Shown here: one piece after another, positions 11,549 through 26,993 of the stretch
Layout: every line of letters begins with the position of its first letter
Numbering within the stretch: the first letter of the stretch is position 1
Assembly (NCBI RefSeq): GCF_009914755.1
Contig: NC_060927.1
Length of the DNA: 64,000 bases
Reading direction: 5' to 3' (one strand)
Origin: the human T2T-CHM13v2.0 reference genome, Homo sapiens
Translations under genes and position numbers: made by a program
Notes under the pieces: generated by a model
What the model was told of the DNA's origin: nothing
Seen by the model: the letters and a program-made list of their open reading frames with translations, nothing else
Database searches by the model: none

Positions 11549-13523
11549 TACTCCTGGTACCAAGCTGATCAATGGCTGAGCCAGCATGCACCCTGGTTCT
11601 CCTGATCTGGGCCCCACTCTGAGGCCCCATGCTGCACCACCTCTGCAAGATGACATTCAAGGCCACCCGGTCCACTCTCCTGCCTCCAGACTGGAGGGTC
11701 TGCATGAGTCATGCTGCTTCTGGCTCTCACATGCCAAGCAGGTAAGCTATTCCACGCCTGGCCTCTGCCACCCATGGGGCGGTGTGAAAACCAAACGAGG
11801 TAGAGAGCACCGTCGAATGTGGGGAGACTACCGTACAGGAGGGAGGGAATTATTTGTTATTTGTAAGAGGAAATCCCACTTGAGCATGTGTGTCTGGCCC
11901 TGAGTGGGAGCCAGGGGGGCAATGGAGCCATGTCCCCAAAACGCTCTGACATGGGATATTATGAAAAAACCAAACATGCCTCTGGCTGGGCTGGGCCGGA
12001 AGGCTTCCTGGAAGAGGCATTTAGATAAGCACCAAGGCTGGCCAGGGTTGCTCCAGCAACCAGTCAGCCCAGCTGGTCATGGTGAAGCAGCATGTGCTGA
12101 AGGCTGGGTGGTGGACTCCTCTCGGTGGAGCCAAGTCCCTTCCAGCTCTAGGGGGACCACTCACAGCTCTCCTTAGAGTGGGGGAACAGGCCCCATTGCA
12201 GGGAGCAGTGGTGTGAACAGGCTGCCTTGTACTACAGGCCTTGGCTGGACCCAGGCAGAGGTGAGTGAGACTTGAACACCCAGACTCAGGGAAGAGCCAG
12301 GGCACACAGCCCTCTGGATCCCACCAGTCAGGACCTGGGTCCCATGGTGGGCAATGACAGGAGCTGTCTATCTGGGTTTTACCTTTTCCAGACACAGCAA
12401 TGGCTTAGGGTGACGTGTAGCAAGCTCTTGTCTCTCTGCCACTTCACTGCTCAAAATCCTTGCCTGGTTCCCATGGCCTTGAGGACAGCACTTGCACAAT
12501 TGTCAATCCTTCTTCTGCACGTATGAGATCTCTTCCTTCCTAGACTGAGCACCCAGTCCATATGACTCTGCCTAAAGCATACCCAGGTCCCCCATGGCGC
12601 CCAGCACGTAGCCAATACCATAGAGACGAGTCAACTGAACTCCTGGCCAGGGCACACCTGTTTGCACTGCCTTGTAATTTCAGGCTGATGATTGAGCTGG
12701 TCCCTTGTGTGGGCTGAGGCAAAGGCCAGCTCTCCAGGTCTATGCTCAGCTGAACATCTTCAATCTTGTCATGTCATTGTCCCTAAACACCCACTCCTAG
12801 CCTCATGATAAAAATGCCAGCAAGGAGTGCCTGAGTTGTGGGGAATGCCTGACACTTGGGCTGCCTAAGTCTTCAGATCCCAGGGAGTTTAAAAAAAAAA
12901 ACCGCCCAAAGAAAAGGTAATTAACTCTGGAGGGGTATTTTCATGTGTTTGTGCTATTAAATCAACATGCACACACACATACACCACAGACATGTGGTTT
13001 GATTGCCCATTTGAATCTGGTAGAGGAACGTGGGAGGATTTTGTGCACAGATCCTATACAACCAAGAAGGCAAAATACTTCTCAGTGTGTGTGTGAGGCC
13101 TCTCTGAATGTGACTGCGGTAGGATATGGAGTTCAGTTGGTTTCTTTTATTTAATCCCAGCAGGAACACATTCTGCAGGATTATAACAAAAATACATATA
13201 AAAAAATCATTCCACATGCCCATATTTACTTTTTGGTAACTTCCCAGAGATACACTGCAAGCATGGAGCCAAGAACAAGGCCAAGCGGAATCACTGCGCA
13301 CTTGCTACGGTCTGTGAGCTCCTGGATTGTCACGACTGAGCAGGTTTTCTCACCAGGCTGCATTCCTGCCCACTTTTAAGTTTGTCTTTGCCCCACTTAC
13401 CATTCCCAAAGGGCGTTGCACAGAACTTTGCACATGTGGAACTTAGATGTTTGAATGAGCATAAAAATTTAAGCACAGCAAAAGTTCACCATTCAAAACA
13501 TGAGACCTGATGTTCTTTAGAAA

Positions 13524-14015
13524 TGCATAGTGACTGATAATGGGCACAGGATTTCTTTTGGGGTGGTGCAAATGTTCTGGAAATAGATAGTGGTGATGGT
13601 TGCATAACCTTATGAATATACTAAAAACCACTGAACTGTGCACTTAAAAATGGTAAATTTTGGCTGGGTGCGGTGGCTCCTGCCTGTAATCCCAGCACTT
13701 TGGGAGGCCGAGGCGGGTGGATCACGAGGTCAGGAGTTCAAGACCAGCATGGCCAAGATGGTGAAACCCCACCTTTACTAAAAATACAAAAATTAGCCCG
13801 GCGTGGTGGCGGACGCCTGTAATCCCAGCTACTCAGGAGGCTGAGGCAGAGAATCGCTTGAACCCAGGAGGCGGAGGTTGCAGTGAGCCGAGATTGCGCC
13901 ACTGCACTCCAGCCTGGGCGGCAGAGTGAGACTCCATCTCAAAAAAAAAAAAAAGAAAAAGAAAAAGATAAATTTTATGGTATATGAAGTAGTATACCTC
14001 AAGTTAAAAAAAAAT
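13524..14015 (+). mobile_element. L1M (L1MB-like) 3' end interrupted by an Alu
   Basis: atgttctggaaatagatagtggtgatggttgcataac...ctaaaaaccactgaactgtgcactt L1M 3' UTR motifs. Confidence 0.8.
13662..13967 (+). mobile_element. AluS (Sg-like) SINE
   Basis: Full-length Alu with ggatcacgaggtcaggagttc diagnostic, A tail and taaatttt TSD. Confidence 0.96.
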
Positions 14016-16240
14016 CATGGAGCACTTACAGATTTCTAGGCCTCACACTGGTGATTCTGGTCTGGAAAGAGCTAAGAATTTTGCATTTTTACAAACTTCC
14101 CAGGTGAGACTGAGATGGCCCTCAGATTAGCATTTGGAAGCAACTGCCCTAGGGTGGCATGCACATGGGACCTTGCTACACATAGGTTCTGGGGTGAGGC
14201 CCAAGATTCGGCCACTCCTACAACATCCTGGTGAAGCTGATGCTACTGGTCCACACACCACACTCAATGTCAAGGCTCAACAGTGTTGCTGAGGGGCTGC
14301 TCCCAAACCCCACAAATCTAGGCCTCTTCTTCCCCCCAGTGCCCACTGAGCCCACTAAGTGGCGCTGTCGAGGTCCAGCAATGTGCTCCCATCCCCAGGC
14401 AGCAGCAGTGTCAAGGCAGCCACTGGGAACCCAGTACAGGTCCTCACTGATGCTTGACAATTCCCTGGGGCAGCTGTCCTGGGGGATAGAGGCTGGCTCC
14501 GAGCCCTCAGGGCCAGTTTTTCCAGGTGGAAGCAGCACCTCACAGCCTCAGAGCCATTGCTCAATGGACAGTCTGGCCAGGCTGGGCACTCGAGGGCCCC
14601 CCACTGCCTCCCTTGCCCACCTGCCTCCCTGACCTTTCATTTGCCCCACGACCCAGCTCAGCACCTTGCAGGAGCTCTGGAGCTTCTGCTACATCCCTGA
14701 GGGCTTCTGTGGCTGCCAAACAGTGCTGGGTTGGTTAGATACCTGGAGGAGAAGCCCCAGGTGAGAGCTGGAGGATGCTGTTAGAGAGGCCACACCCCCG
14801 GAGTGAGGCCGGAGACGGGCTCAGAGCAAGAAAAGCTGGCCTTTCCTCCTCCTGCTGCTCTGTTCTTCTTACCAGGCTGTGACCACACTCTGGCAGAAAG
14901 CATAACTATTTGCGAAGCTGCCTTATCACTTTTAGGGGAACTATAAAATTCCCAAGGGGCCCAGACGGGGTCTTATTCGGCTCGATACCCCAGCGTGCCT
15001 AGCAAAGAGCCTGACACCTACAGGGAACTCAGGATGGCTCAAGATGAAATCTAGACCCACACTTGCCCCACAAAATAAGATGCAGCTGTGAATGGCAGGC
15101 TGCTCGCTACATATGGTCCCTCTCCACAGTGTCTGCCTCCCACTTTGCTCACGCCACAGCCATGGTTTGCATGTGGGGTTGTCTCATGAACCCCACCAGA
15201 AAGGCAGGGGTAGGCTGGAGAGCAGACACGTGGTTGGACGCATGCATTTTACTGCACATGTGCATGCAGACACCACTTGCCATGCATGCCCCTCCAATGA
15301 ACCCCTGGGGTCAGGATCAGGCACTGGGCACAGGTGGGAAGAAAGTGGAGCCATAGGAGGAGCATCCCCCATCCCTGCCCGGGCAGGAAAAGCTCCTGAC
15401 CTGCCAGCCTCAGTCCTGGTTATTTAGTCCCTCACTAGGTATCTGTAATCCTGATGCCTCCTGCCTTGGCCAGAGGTTAGTGAGTGAAGTCTTTGTCTTG
15501 GCCTCAAAAAAGTCCATTCAGAGAAGGGGCTGAAGGGGACCTTGGAGAGCTCTGTGGGGCCAGCCCGCTAGACCCACAATCGGTCGCACTGCTGAGCCCA
15601 GCAGTGTCGCTTAGATGATCAGCAGAGCCACCTGCGTGTGTGCACTCACCCTGGTTGCCACTGGCCAAAGGGAGGCCTGCCCAGGCCCTCGCAGTGAAAT
15701 ACTCATGCCTCTGACTGCAGCTGGCACCACCCTCCCGGAAGGCTCCATCTATGGGGCCCCTTCTCTGAAGTCCAGAGAACAGAGTGATTAGGTGCTGGCG
15801 CCCCATGCAGTGTGCTGCCCAAATGATGCCCCTCTCAGGCCCAAGCCCGGTAAGTCCCTCATTACGCTGCATCACTCCAATGGCTCTCCTCTGCAGGCTG
15901 GAGCTTTTTTCAGCTGTGGTTTATGTAATTTAATGCTAACCAGAGTTCTTTGAGATACTCTGAAACTGCAAACATTTTGTCAACGCCTAATCAAAAAGCA
16001 AGTGCTGCCTCCCTCAAAAGATGCCCACATGTGAATAAACTAGAGGCCTCTTTATTGGGAAATGGTTTTTCCTTGGCTAAGTTCTGGTGACCTGCTTGAA
16101 GGTCCCTGCAAGTGGGTGGGGAGGAGGACGGACCAAGGGGGTGTGGTGGGGAGGGATATTTGGAGCCAATATCAGAGCCCGACAGACGTCATTTCTTCTG
16201 GGATCCTCAGTAGCTTAGCTTCTAGAATGTTCTGAAGAAT

Positions 16241-17478
<1,238 letters not shown>

Positions 17479-19109
17479 CACTATTCTGCCGAATGAGCTG
17501 GTGGGACAAGGTTCTACCCAATCTGGTCTGGGGAGACAAGCTGACCAGATAGATTAGGACCAAAAGTTCTGTTGTGGTGCCTCCATTGCCTTGTGGGGCT
17601 GCAGGCAGCGTGGCCAGGGATCAACAAGTGGAAACAGAAAGTGAGAGGCCGGAATCATCCCTGGAGCTGCTGTTCAAGCATTCCCAGACCCAAGGACAGA
17701 AGAGATGGTGTCCCTGATCTCTCACAGGCTCAGCTGCCACCAGCCCCCAAAAGCCCAGTCCAGTCTTGACCTCAACCTCAGTCAGGTCCACCTGCCGTGG
17801 AGCCTGCCTGTCCCAGCTAACTTCAGCCTAATCGCCACTCATCCTCTCCCCATAAGCTTGACTCACACTACCAGCTGTGGCCTTAACCCTAACCCCAATT
17901 CCTACTTCCATCTCCGACCAACCATGACCTAGGCCCGCCCACCTTGACTAAGCCCACCTTCCAGCCTCATTCTGACTCCAGCTATGGCCCCAACCTGGCC
18001 TGCACTCCACTGGAGTCACTTGAACCAAGGGAAAGTTCAGCTGGGGGCTTGGGAGCAGGACCAAGTTCAAGGCCTCCTCCCCCACCTGTTTATGTGGACT
18101 GGGTGGGCTTTTACTTCACATGCACAACCACTCACGTATCCAATGCATGCATGCACACCCAAAGACACGGCCCAGGCTCATCCCCAGGCTCTTGGTCTTA
18201 AACCACAGTCACACACTCTTGTAGTCACATTTTCTCACTGGCCACACCAGCCCTGTCTGACCCCCATGAGCTTCCTCAGCCTGGTGCTGACTGCAGTACT
18301 GTGCCTGGCCACTGTCTTCCTCATACTCAGCCTTCTGGGAAAAATACCTCCCCCAAATTCAAATCCACCTTCCTCTGGAAGTAAGGCCCAGAAGTGTGGG
18401 TAGCTTGGAGACCAAGCCTCTGCAGGAGCTCTGTGTGTGGTGGGGATGGGGCACAAATGGGCCTGAGATCTGGAGGAGGGAGGCCAGGGCAGGGAATTTG
18501 GACAGGGGCAGTTACCTCTTGGGTCGGAGCCATGCTAGGAGGAAGCCCAAGTCTCCCTGCCCTAGCAGACAAAAGCCACTTCCCTTCCCTATGATCAGAA
18601 GGGACTATGGCAGAACATCACACGCCACCCTCCCCCAAAAATCCCCCAGTGATCACTGCCCTCTCCATCCCTTTCAGACTTTCCACTGGCCTTCTTGGTC
18701 CCATTGCCAGCCCTCAAAGCTCAGGGAACTGCTGCTGTGGCCGTGGCCTGAGCCAGCCAGCATAGCCATGCATAGTTCGTGGGTGTGGGGACTACATGCT
18801 GTCCCCATTAAGGAGAAAGGACCACAGGCTATGCTCTGTGGCCCAAACTCAGGCAGGGCCCAAACGCAGGCCAGAACTTGGGGCTTGACTCCAATTCACA
18901 CACACACCACACAACGGGGAGGAGTCCTTCAGGGGTAAAAATCTAACCACACGTAATTCCCAAAGAAGGACATCACAGGAGGCGTGTTTTCCCTGAGGCT
19001 ACCCTCTCTTCTTCATTACACCAAACCAGCATCTCAGGCTGCATAATTCCTGTTTTTATTCCAGAATTCCAAAATTAAGGTGATTGGAATATAGATCACC
19101 AGTGACTCA

Positions 19110-19787
<678 letters not shown>

Positions 19788-22700
19788 TCACCTCCCCTTT
19801 CCTCTCCTAACAAGCATGTCTGAATTCAAGCAGGCAAGAGTGACTGTGTCATCCAAGCACCTTCTTTTTGCCCCATTCCACACAACAGGAAACACTTACA
19901 TCTTTTGGTTTCTTAACTGTCATCACTTGAGACATTTCTCAGCTTGGAGTTGTCATCCAGATGTTGGCACCCTAGTGTACACAGCTGTGGTGGAGCCCCT
20001 GCAGAGAGGCTCCCAAGGAAATCCCCAGGGTGCAGAAACCTTCCGAAACAATCTGGCTCAAAAAATGGGCAATGCCTCCCTTGCCCATCTGAGCTATTTC
20101 CCTTCCTTGGAAAGGTCAAAATTAGCCTGGCACTTTAGGTAACCCGAAGATAACTCTGCCTTCCATCTCCCCCATCCCCTTTAAAAATACATACATGCTT
20201 ACAGATTTTGTAATAACCAAATAAAATTCTAGCAATAAATTGAATCATACTGCAAAAAGAAAAATGGGAAGAGCTGATGGAGTATCTCTGGCTCCTCACA
20301 CTGCTCCTTGCTCCCCTCCTCCCAAATGTGAACAAATGAATGCTGATCCCAAGTGACAGCAGAACCGGAAAACAGTGACCACTCATCAGCGAGGACATCC
20401 AGCCGGCACAGGCATGTGATGCCAAACCGGGAGAATGTGGCCCCTGGTGGCCTCAAACAATCCAGAACCTGGTGTGAACACACTCTGCCTATGACACCGA
20501 GGCAGAAGAATGCAGTCCCAACTGCCCCACCAAAACAGGATGTGGTCGGAGCAGCTCCTGACTGTGACACCAAGCCGGGAGGCTGCATCGCTAATGACCA
20601 CATCAAACCAGGGAATGGTGGGCACCCGTTCAAGAGGGCACGGTGGACACCTGTTGGACATCTCTGCCAGAACAGAATCCTTTCCCCTCACGAGGGTCAG
20701 CTTTGCCTTGATCTTACTTCTGCAAAACATGTCACCGATGACCCCAACGAGCTGCTGCCGTACCAACCCCTGCACATGGCCAGCAAACGGCCTGGACTTT
20801 GGGGCCGCAGCCCTGAACCCTGAATTGCTGTGAAGCAGGCACCTGGCCAAAAGACAGGTAAATAGTGAGCAAACACAACACACTCAGGCCTCAAAAGGGC
20901 GCCGCTCGTCCCTGGGGAAGTGTGGATTGAGATTTGTGAAGGGAGGCAGGACAGAGGTCCCAGGACCCGCACGTTAAGAGGCACTCTGTGTCTTTTTCTT
21001 GTTTCATTCAAGTAAAGTTAAAGAAACATCTTTGTTAAAAATAGCAGGTGAGGGAGTAGGTTTCTACTCTATAAAAGCATTTCCCTGTCTCCCTTCCATG
21101 TTTGAGTGAACAGACATCTGTAACACTCATCAATGCATGTGAGTGAGGACTTTTTTTTCTTAGCTCATGGATATTTGGGTAATTTTAAACTATTTTCTTT
21201 ATACTTGTCTTCATTGCTTGAATTCTTTAAAATCAGCTTGCATTATTTTTACAGAAACAATAAAACTCATTTGTCCTTTTATTTTAAAAATTAAAAAAAA
21301 AAACAGTCTGGATGACAGCAGCTTCTTACAGGGCAACCCTCTCCACTGTGAGCAATCAGTTCCATAAATTGGGAAGCCACCTCTTTTGCTTGGACTTAAT
21401 TTCTAAAAACAGTGTTCTCTGTCTCACTGTATCCATCTGTGTCCATATGCCTGCAAGGGTTGTGGGGACACATGCACGCCCATGGATCTGCAGAGGCTCA
21501 CTGGTACACACTGGCAAGGGTTTGTGTGTGTGAGAGAGAGACAGAGTGTGCGTGTGCGGGTGCAAGCTTACACCTGCACATACGTCTGTTCTAGTAAAGG
21601 TGTGTTTTTAATTTGTATTAAATAAAGGATTCATGCAGTTACATGCACATAAGTGTACAGATGGAAGAATTTCCACAAACGGAACACACCTGGTAACCAG
21701 CACCCAGAGAGAGAGATAAAATGCTCCCAGTCTCTCAGACTTAGGCTGCCCTCCAGTCACTAAATACCCTCCTTTGCCCAGGGAATCACTCTCCTCACTG
21801 CTAATGGCATAGACCAGTTTTGCCTGTCTGTGTATTAATAGTTCAGGGGCCCTTCTTAACAGACTCGGTGAAGGGGTGGTGGAGAGATTTAGGGGAGAAA
21901 CCGCATCTCCTTCTCATTAACCTCTAATTCAAATTTAGCATTTCCTTGAATTGTGAATGTAGGCAACAAAGCAGAAATTGTGACCAAAAGAAACTGCAGC
22001 TATTTCCCTGTCATGTTACAGTTGCTGCTGGCCTCTCAAATAACATTAATACTCATCACGACTTCAAAATTATAGCACTTAGATTTGCTGCTAGATCTTA
22101 ATATTTAAAACATGAATAAAGACATATACTACTCTATCAAAAGTTGGTTTCTGTGTTCCGATAGCTGTATTTCAATATAGTTGGTTTCCTTTTTAATCCT
22201 ATGTGTTTTATTTTGTCTCAAAATATGTGCTTCTGAGATGGGCTTCGCTCAACTGGTAGAGAAAGGTTAAGACCCTGGCTTGGTCCTTGCTCAGGTGCTG
22301 ACCCTGGGGTCCCCTCCTCTGCACCTCAGCTCCTCATCTCTAAAGAAGGATGAGGCAAGCCTCCAAGTCCTTTCTGGGATTCTATAATGCTCTTACCGTG
22401 AGTGGTTTCAGCCACTCCCCTGGCCTCTGGCTCTGACTTACCTGAACTTTGTGTCATTTCTGGGTGTGGATTGGGACCCCAGTCTGCCCCACCCTTGGAC
22501 CTGAGAAATTCCATTCTGAGTCTTGCAGTGGCCCTGTGGGATGGACAAAGACCAGAGAGGCAGATGTCCTACGTCCAAGCACTTCCATACCCTCTCCAGT
22601 CTTCTCCATCCAAGGCCTGGTGAAGAAGCCCTAGGTCCTAAGAAGGATCCTATCCCAGCTGGCCTCCAGCAGAGCATCCACTCGCTCGGGGCCCTGGCCT

Positions 22701-25289
22701 GGGAGGGGTATAGTCTGCCCAAGGGAGCTGCTGAAACCAGATTCCAGATGAAGCTCTCTGCTGCAGCAGCCGGGCAGCCTCATTTTCCAAAGTAAACCTA
22801 CCAAGAGTGTCCTTTGTCTCTGGGGCCCCCAGGCTGCTCCTGGTGGGCGGGTGGGATCCGCTTTCTCCCTTATTCTCCCACCACCTGCACCTGGCTCTGG
22901 CCCTGCCCTTCCTTTAGCAGCTCAGGGCCCACGCCCTGCTGTGGCCAAGCCTGGCTGAGTCCTGCCTGCAGGGCTTCCGGTGCTGCCAGGGTGAGGAGGG
23001 CTCAGGGGTGGTCTGAGGATGCTCTGGGCTCAGGTTCAGCCACACCCCTCAGGCCTAGGATGTCAGGCCTGCAGATTTCAGAACCCATCCCCTGGCTGTG
23101 GAAGGTTGTAGGGGAAAATAGGTAAGCAGGGGCCCCTGGTGTTGGTCTCACATAGCCCCAGAGTTTGGGGAGGCTGGACCTGGCTTGATTGTAAGACCAC
23201 AGTCGCTCATCCCGTAGATGCTAGCACCTCATGATTCTCCACCCCGCACCAGGACAGCTGCTCCATCTGCATCAGCTTGGCCATCTGCAGCAGCCCTACC
23301 GCAGCTCATCAGGCTGGGACCGCTCCATCCGGCTATGCACTCTTCCGGGGCCAGGCTTCCCTGTCCTTTGGGCTTCACTCTAGAGCCCCACCCCCAACTC
23401 CATCCTGCCCCAGGTTCATCAGCTTCTGGAACTGGATGCATCCCTCCCTGCATCCGGAAGGCTCCTGAGAGCTCATGATGGGAGCAGACTGTGAATCTTC
23501 CTTTCCAGACTGGCTCCTCCTGACACCCTTTCTTCTGGCACTGGCCACAAGTTCCCAACCCTCACCCAACATCACTGCCCTGGGACAGGCCTCCTTGCCC
23601 CTGCTTGGACCATGGCAGTGCCTCCCTCTTTCCTTGTATCCCACACATGCAGCCCCCTGCTCCTAGATTTAGACATTCTCCAAAATTCTGTGTGCCCTGA
23701 GTGATGCCAGAGTCACCTCCTGCTCTCCTCCCCACTCTACCTCCTCCAGGACACCTCTTCTGACTGCCCACCCACCCACACTGACTCCTTCCTCTGTGCC
23801 CCCTCACCCAGCTCTGGCCCCTTCCTGGCCTCTGCTGGTTACTGACAGGCCCTGTAGTATGTGTATTCACATCAAGGTAGAGATGCTGCACAAGGAGAAT
23901 ATTAACTGTTCACACCAGAAACTAGACCCCCCTGCACTGTTTTCTCAACTGGCTTTCCTGAAGGAGGGTTTTCTGAATGCAAAGGCACATAGCTGGTGCT
24001 CAATCAGCAATGGTGACACTGCTATGACAGGACACAATAGCCAGGCAGGTAGAGAGCAGCTGTAGGCACTGTCTGAAGTGGGAGATGGATGTGGGGGGAA
24101 CTACTTGTCCCGGTTTACATGGGACTTTCCTCATTTTGGCAGTAAAATTTCTGCACCTTGGGATACCCCCCAGTCCTGGACAAATCAGGTTACCCTGGGG
24201 AGCCTCCCCTCTCCTTGCAGCCCCTCCCTACTCACTCCCCTCCCTGATCGCAAAGGAAGGCACACTTCAACCTCCTGAGTCACGTCTGGCATTTTGGTCT
24301 CCTTGGAATCGGAGCCTCTGGAACACAGCATGCAAATAATATTCTTTGCCATGTAAATTTATGCAAAGCATTGTGTGGAAGTGGTTCCCAGGCTTCCTAG
24401 AAAATCCCTGTGGGCTTCCTCCACTCTGTGCTCCTCTCTCCTGCCCTGCAGTTGGGGTGACCTCGGGCTGGAGCACCCAGCACCTAGGGTTTGCAGTCTC
24501 ACCAAACCCAGAACACAGTGCAGCTTTGCCCGGCGACAGGGCACTCGCCTTCTGCCTGCCCCTCAGTGCTAAAGAAGAGGCTCAGGAAGAGGGTGTGGGT
24601 GCCCTCAAAACAGGAGCTCACTCCCCATAGGTGGAGGTCAGGACTCCCTGATCACACTCTGATCATACTCCACAAATGAGCACAGGGCCCCTGCTCTCTA
24701 CCCTGGCTGACAGGACTCCCTCCAAAGACGAGTCTGGGTGCTCCTGGCCTGGCAAGACCAGGGACAGGAGAATGGGACTAGATGTAGCTTGACAAGCTGT
24801 AACTTCACCCCAGTCATCCACAGGCCCCCAAATGTGGAGATGACAGCCAGGAACCTCGCTCACTCCAGGCTTCCTTGCTTGGAGTCACCCATCAGAACTT
24901 CTAGCCCTGCTTGTAAGGCAACTGCATTTTTTCCTTGAGAACATGTCAACCCATCAACACCTCACAGACTCATTTTATTAATTGAATGATTCAGTGAACA
25001 TTTAATCAGCACCCATTGTGTACATGGTCCTAAAAATGACTACACAGAATACTTTTCTTCCCAAAGTGATGGATCCCAAATCAACAAGAGATAATGAGGG
25101 GATGAGGAAGAGTCATCAGTAAAGAGAGTCTGTGGTGGCTGGCAAGGAAATTCACCCAGATTTGCTGACATTGGCAACAAGAAATGCCCTGAGCCAGAGA
25201 ACCAGGCCTTGCATCCACCTCTGCCTCCCCGCCTGGCCTCCCACCTCACCCTCTTGAAGATTTCCTGTTCCTAGGGATAAGGAAGTGGT

Positions 25290-25520
25290 TAGGGCTGTGC
25301 TTGGAAGCCAGCTCACCTGAGTGAATCTGGGCCCTGGCCACGCATTTGTCTTGTGTCTTTGGGCAGATTGATTGATGTTTCTCTACCTCAGTTTTCCCAT
25401 TCGTAAAATGGGGTTAATAATAATATCTATTTTACAGGGCTGCTGTGAAACATAAATGTATTGATATTTGCACATGCTTGACACACAGAAAGTGCCAAAT
25501 GAATTTAGTTGGTATTGTGG
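25290..25520 (+). mobile_element. MIR SINE
   Basis: cctcagttttcccattcgtaaaatggggttaataata core. Confidence 0.8.
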
Positions 25521-26323
25521 TTATTGTTGTTATTATTATTCTTATGAGAGATCAAGCTCAGAAGGCCTCCTTGTTGCCCACACCAGCCCTCCCTGCCTGG
25601 GCTGGCTCTTTCCCTCCTCTCTGTATTCCTGACACACTTGAATTCCCATCCTTACTTCAGCACAGGATGGAGTAGTTTACTTGCATGCCTGCCTCCCTCC
25701 TGGATTTTTGTCCTGGTCTCCCAAAGCAGGGACTGGTGAATGAAGGAATGAAAGAATGAGGGAGTGTGAGATTAACCTTCCTCTTGCCTGGATAGACACT
25801 CACACTGTGACTTAGTCCCTTTTCTAGACCTCAGTTTTTCCAACCCCAGGCACTGGACTAAGGACCACCCCAGCAGCATCACATGCTCATTCTGTGCCCT
25901 GCACTGCACTTAGTGCAGTTCGTGGATCACGTTACTTCATCCTTGCAACAATCCTAGGAAGACGGGGGTTATTAGCCTCGCTTTACAGATGGGAAATCTG
26001 ACTGTAGGAGAGATGAAGTGAGCCCCTGTCTGTATGAAGCCAGGCCTGTGAGCCTACCCATTGCACCACATTGCCTCCTACCTCTGCGTGCAGAGAGTGG
26101 GATAAAAGCTCATGGCTTGCCTATGGCCCATCTGCCTGGACTGTGTCTGTGACCCCCACTTCAAGGCTAAGAGTCAGCCCTGTCAGCCTCATCTGAGCCT
26201 GGTTCTCCCTCTATGCAGCCCAGATGCTCCCAGGGAGACCTAGCCGATTTCTGCCCATGCCCGAAGAGTCAGCAGTTTTCCTGGCAGAAGCGATTCCCCA
26301 GCAGTTTTTCTCTCCAGCTCAAG

Positions 26324-26655
26324 CACTGTCCAACAACAGGGTGGCCACTCATTCACTGCATGTGGCTACCAAGTGCTTGGAATGTGGCTACTGTGGACTG
26401 AGTTGTGCTATTGTAAAGTCACATCCATTTTGCAGGCTTAGTACAATAAGGAATGTTGACTATTTCGTTAATAACTTTTAATATTGATTACAAGTTAAAC
26501 AGATAATATTTGATAGTAGTATACTGGATTAAATAAAATGTGTTCAAGTTAATTTCACGTTTTTTTAGTTTAAAAAATGTGGCTGTTAGAAAATTTAAAA
26601 TTGCATATGTGGCTTGCATTTGTGACTCATATTATATTTCTGTTGGATGGCACTG
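26324..26655. mobile_element. MER33-like hAT-Charlie DNA element
   Basis: Termini cactgtccaac.. / ..gttggatggcactg; repeated atgtggct motifs. Confidence 0.75.
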
Positions 26656-26690
26656 GCATCAAGTTCCAGCCACCAGGCCCTAAGCCCTTA

Positions 26691-26993
<303 letters not shown>

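Noticed and set aside
20229-21011. Overlapping 100-165 aa ORFs, possible processed pseudogene
   Set aside because: No protein similarity I recognise, no poly(A) or TSD; treated as a candidate regulatory region instead.
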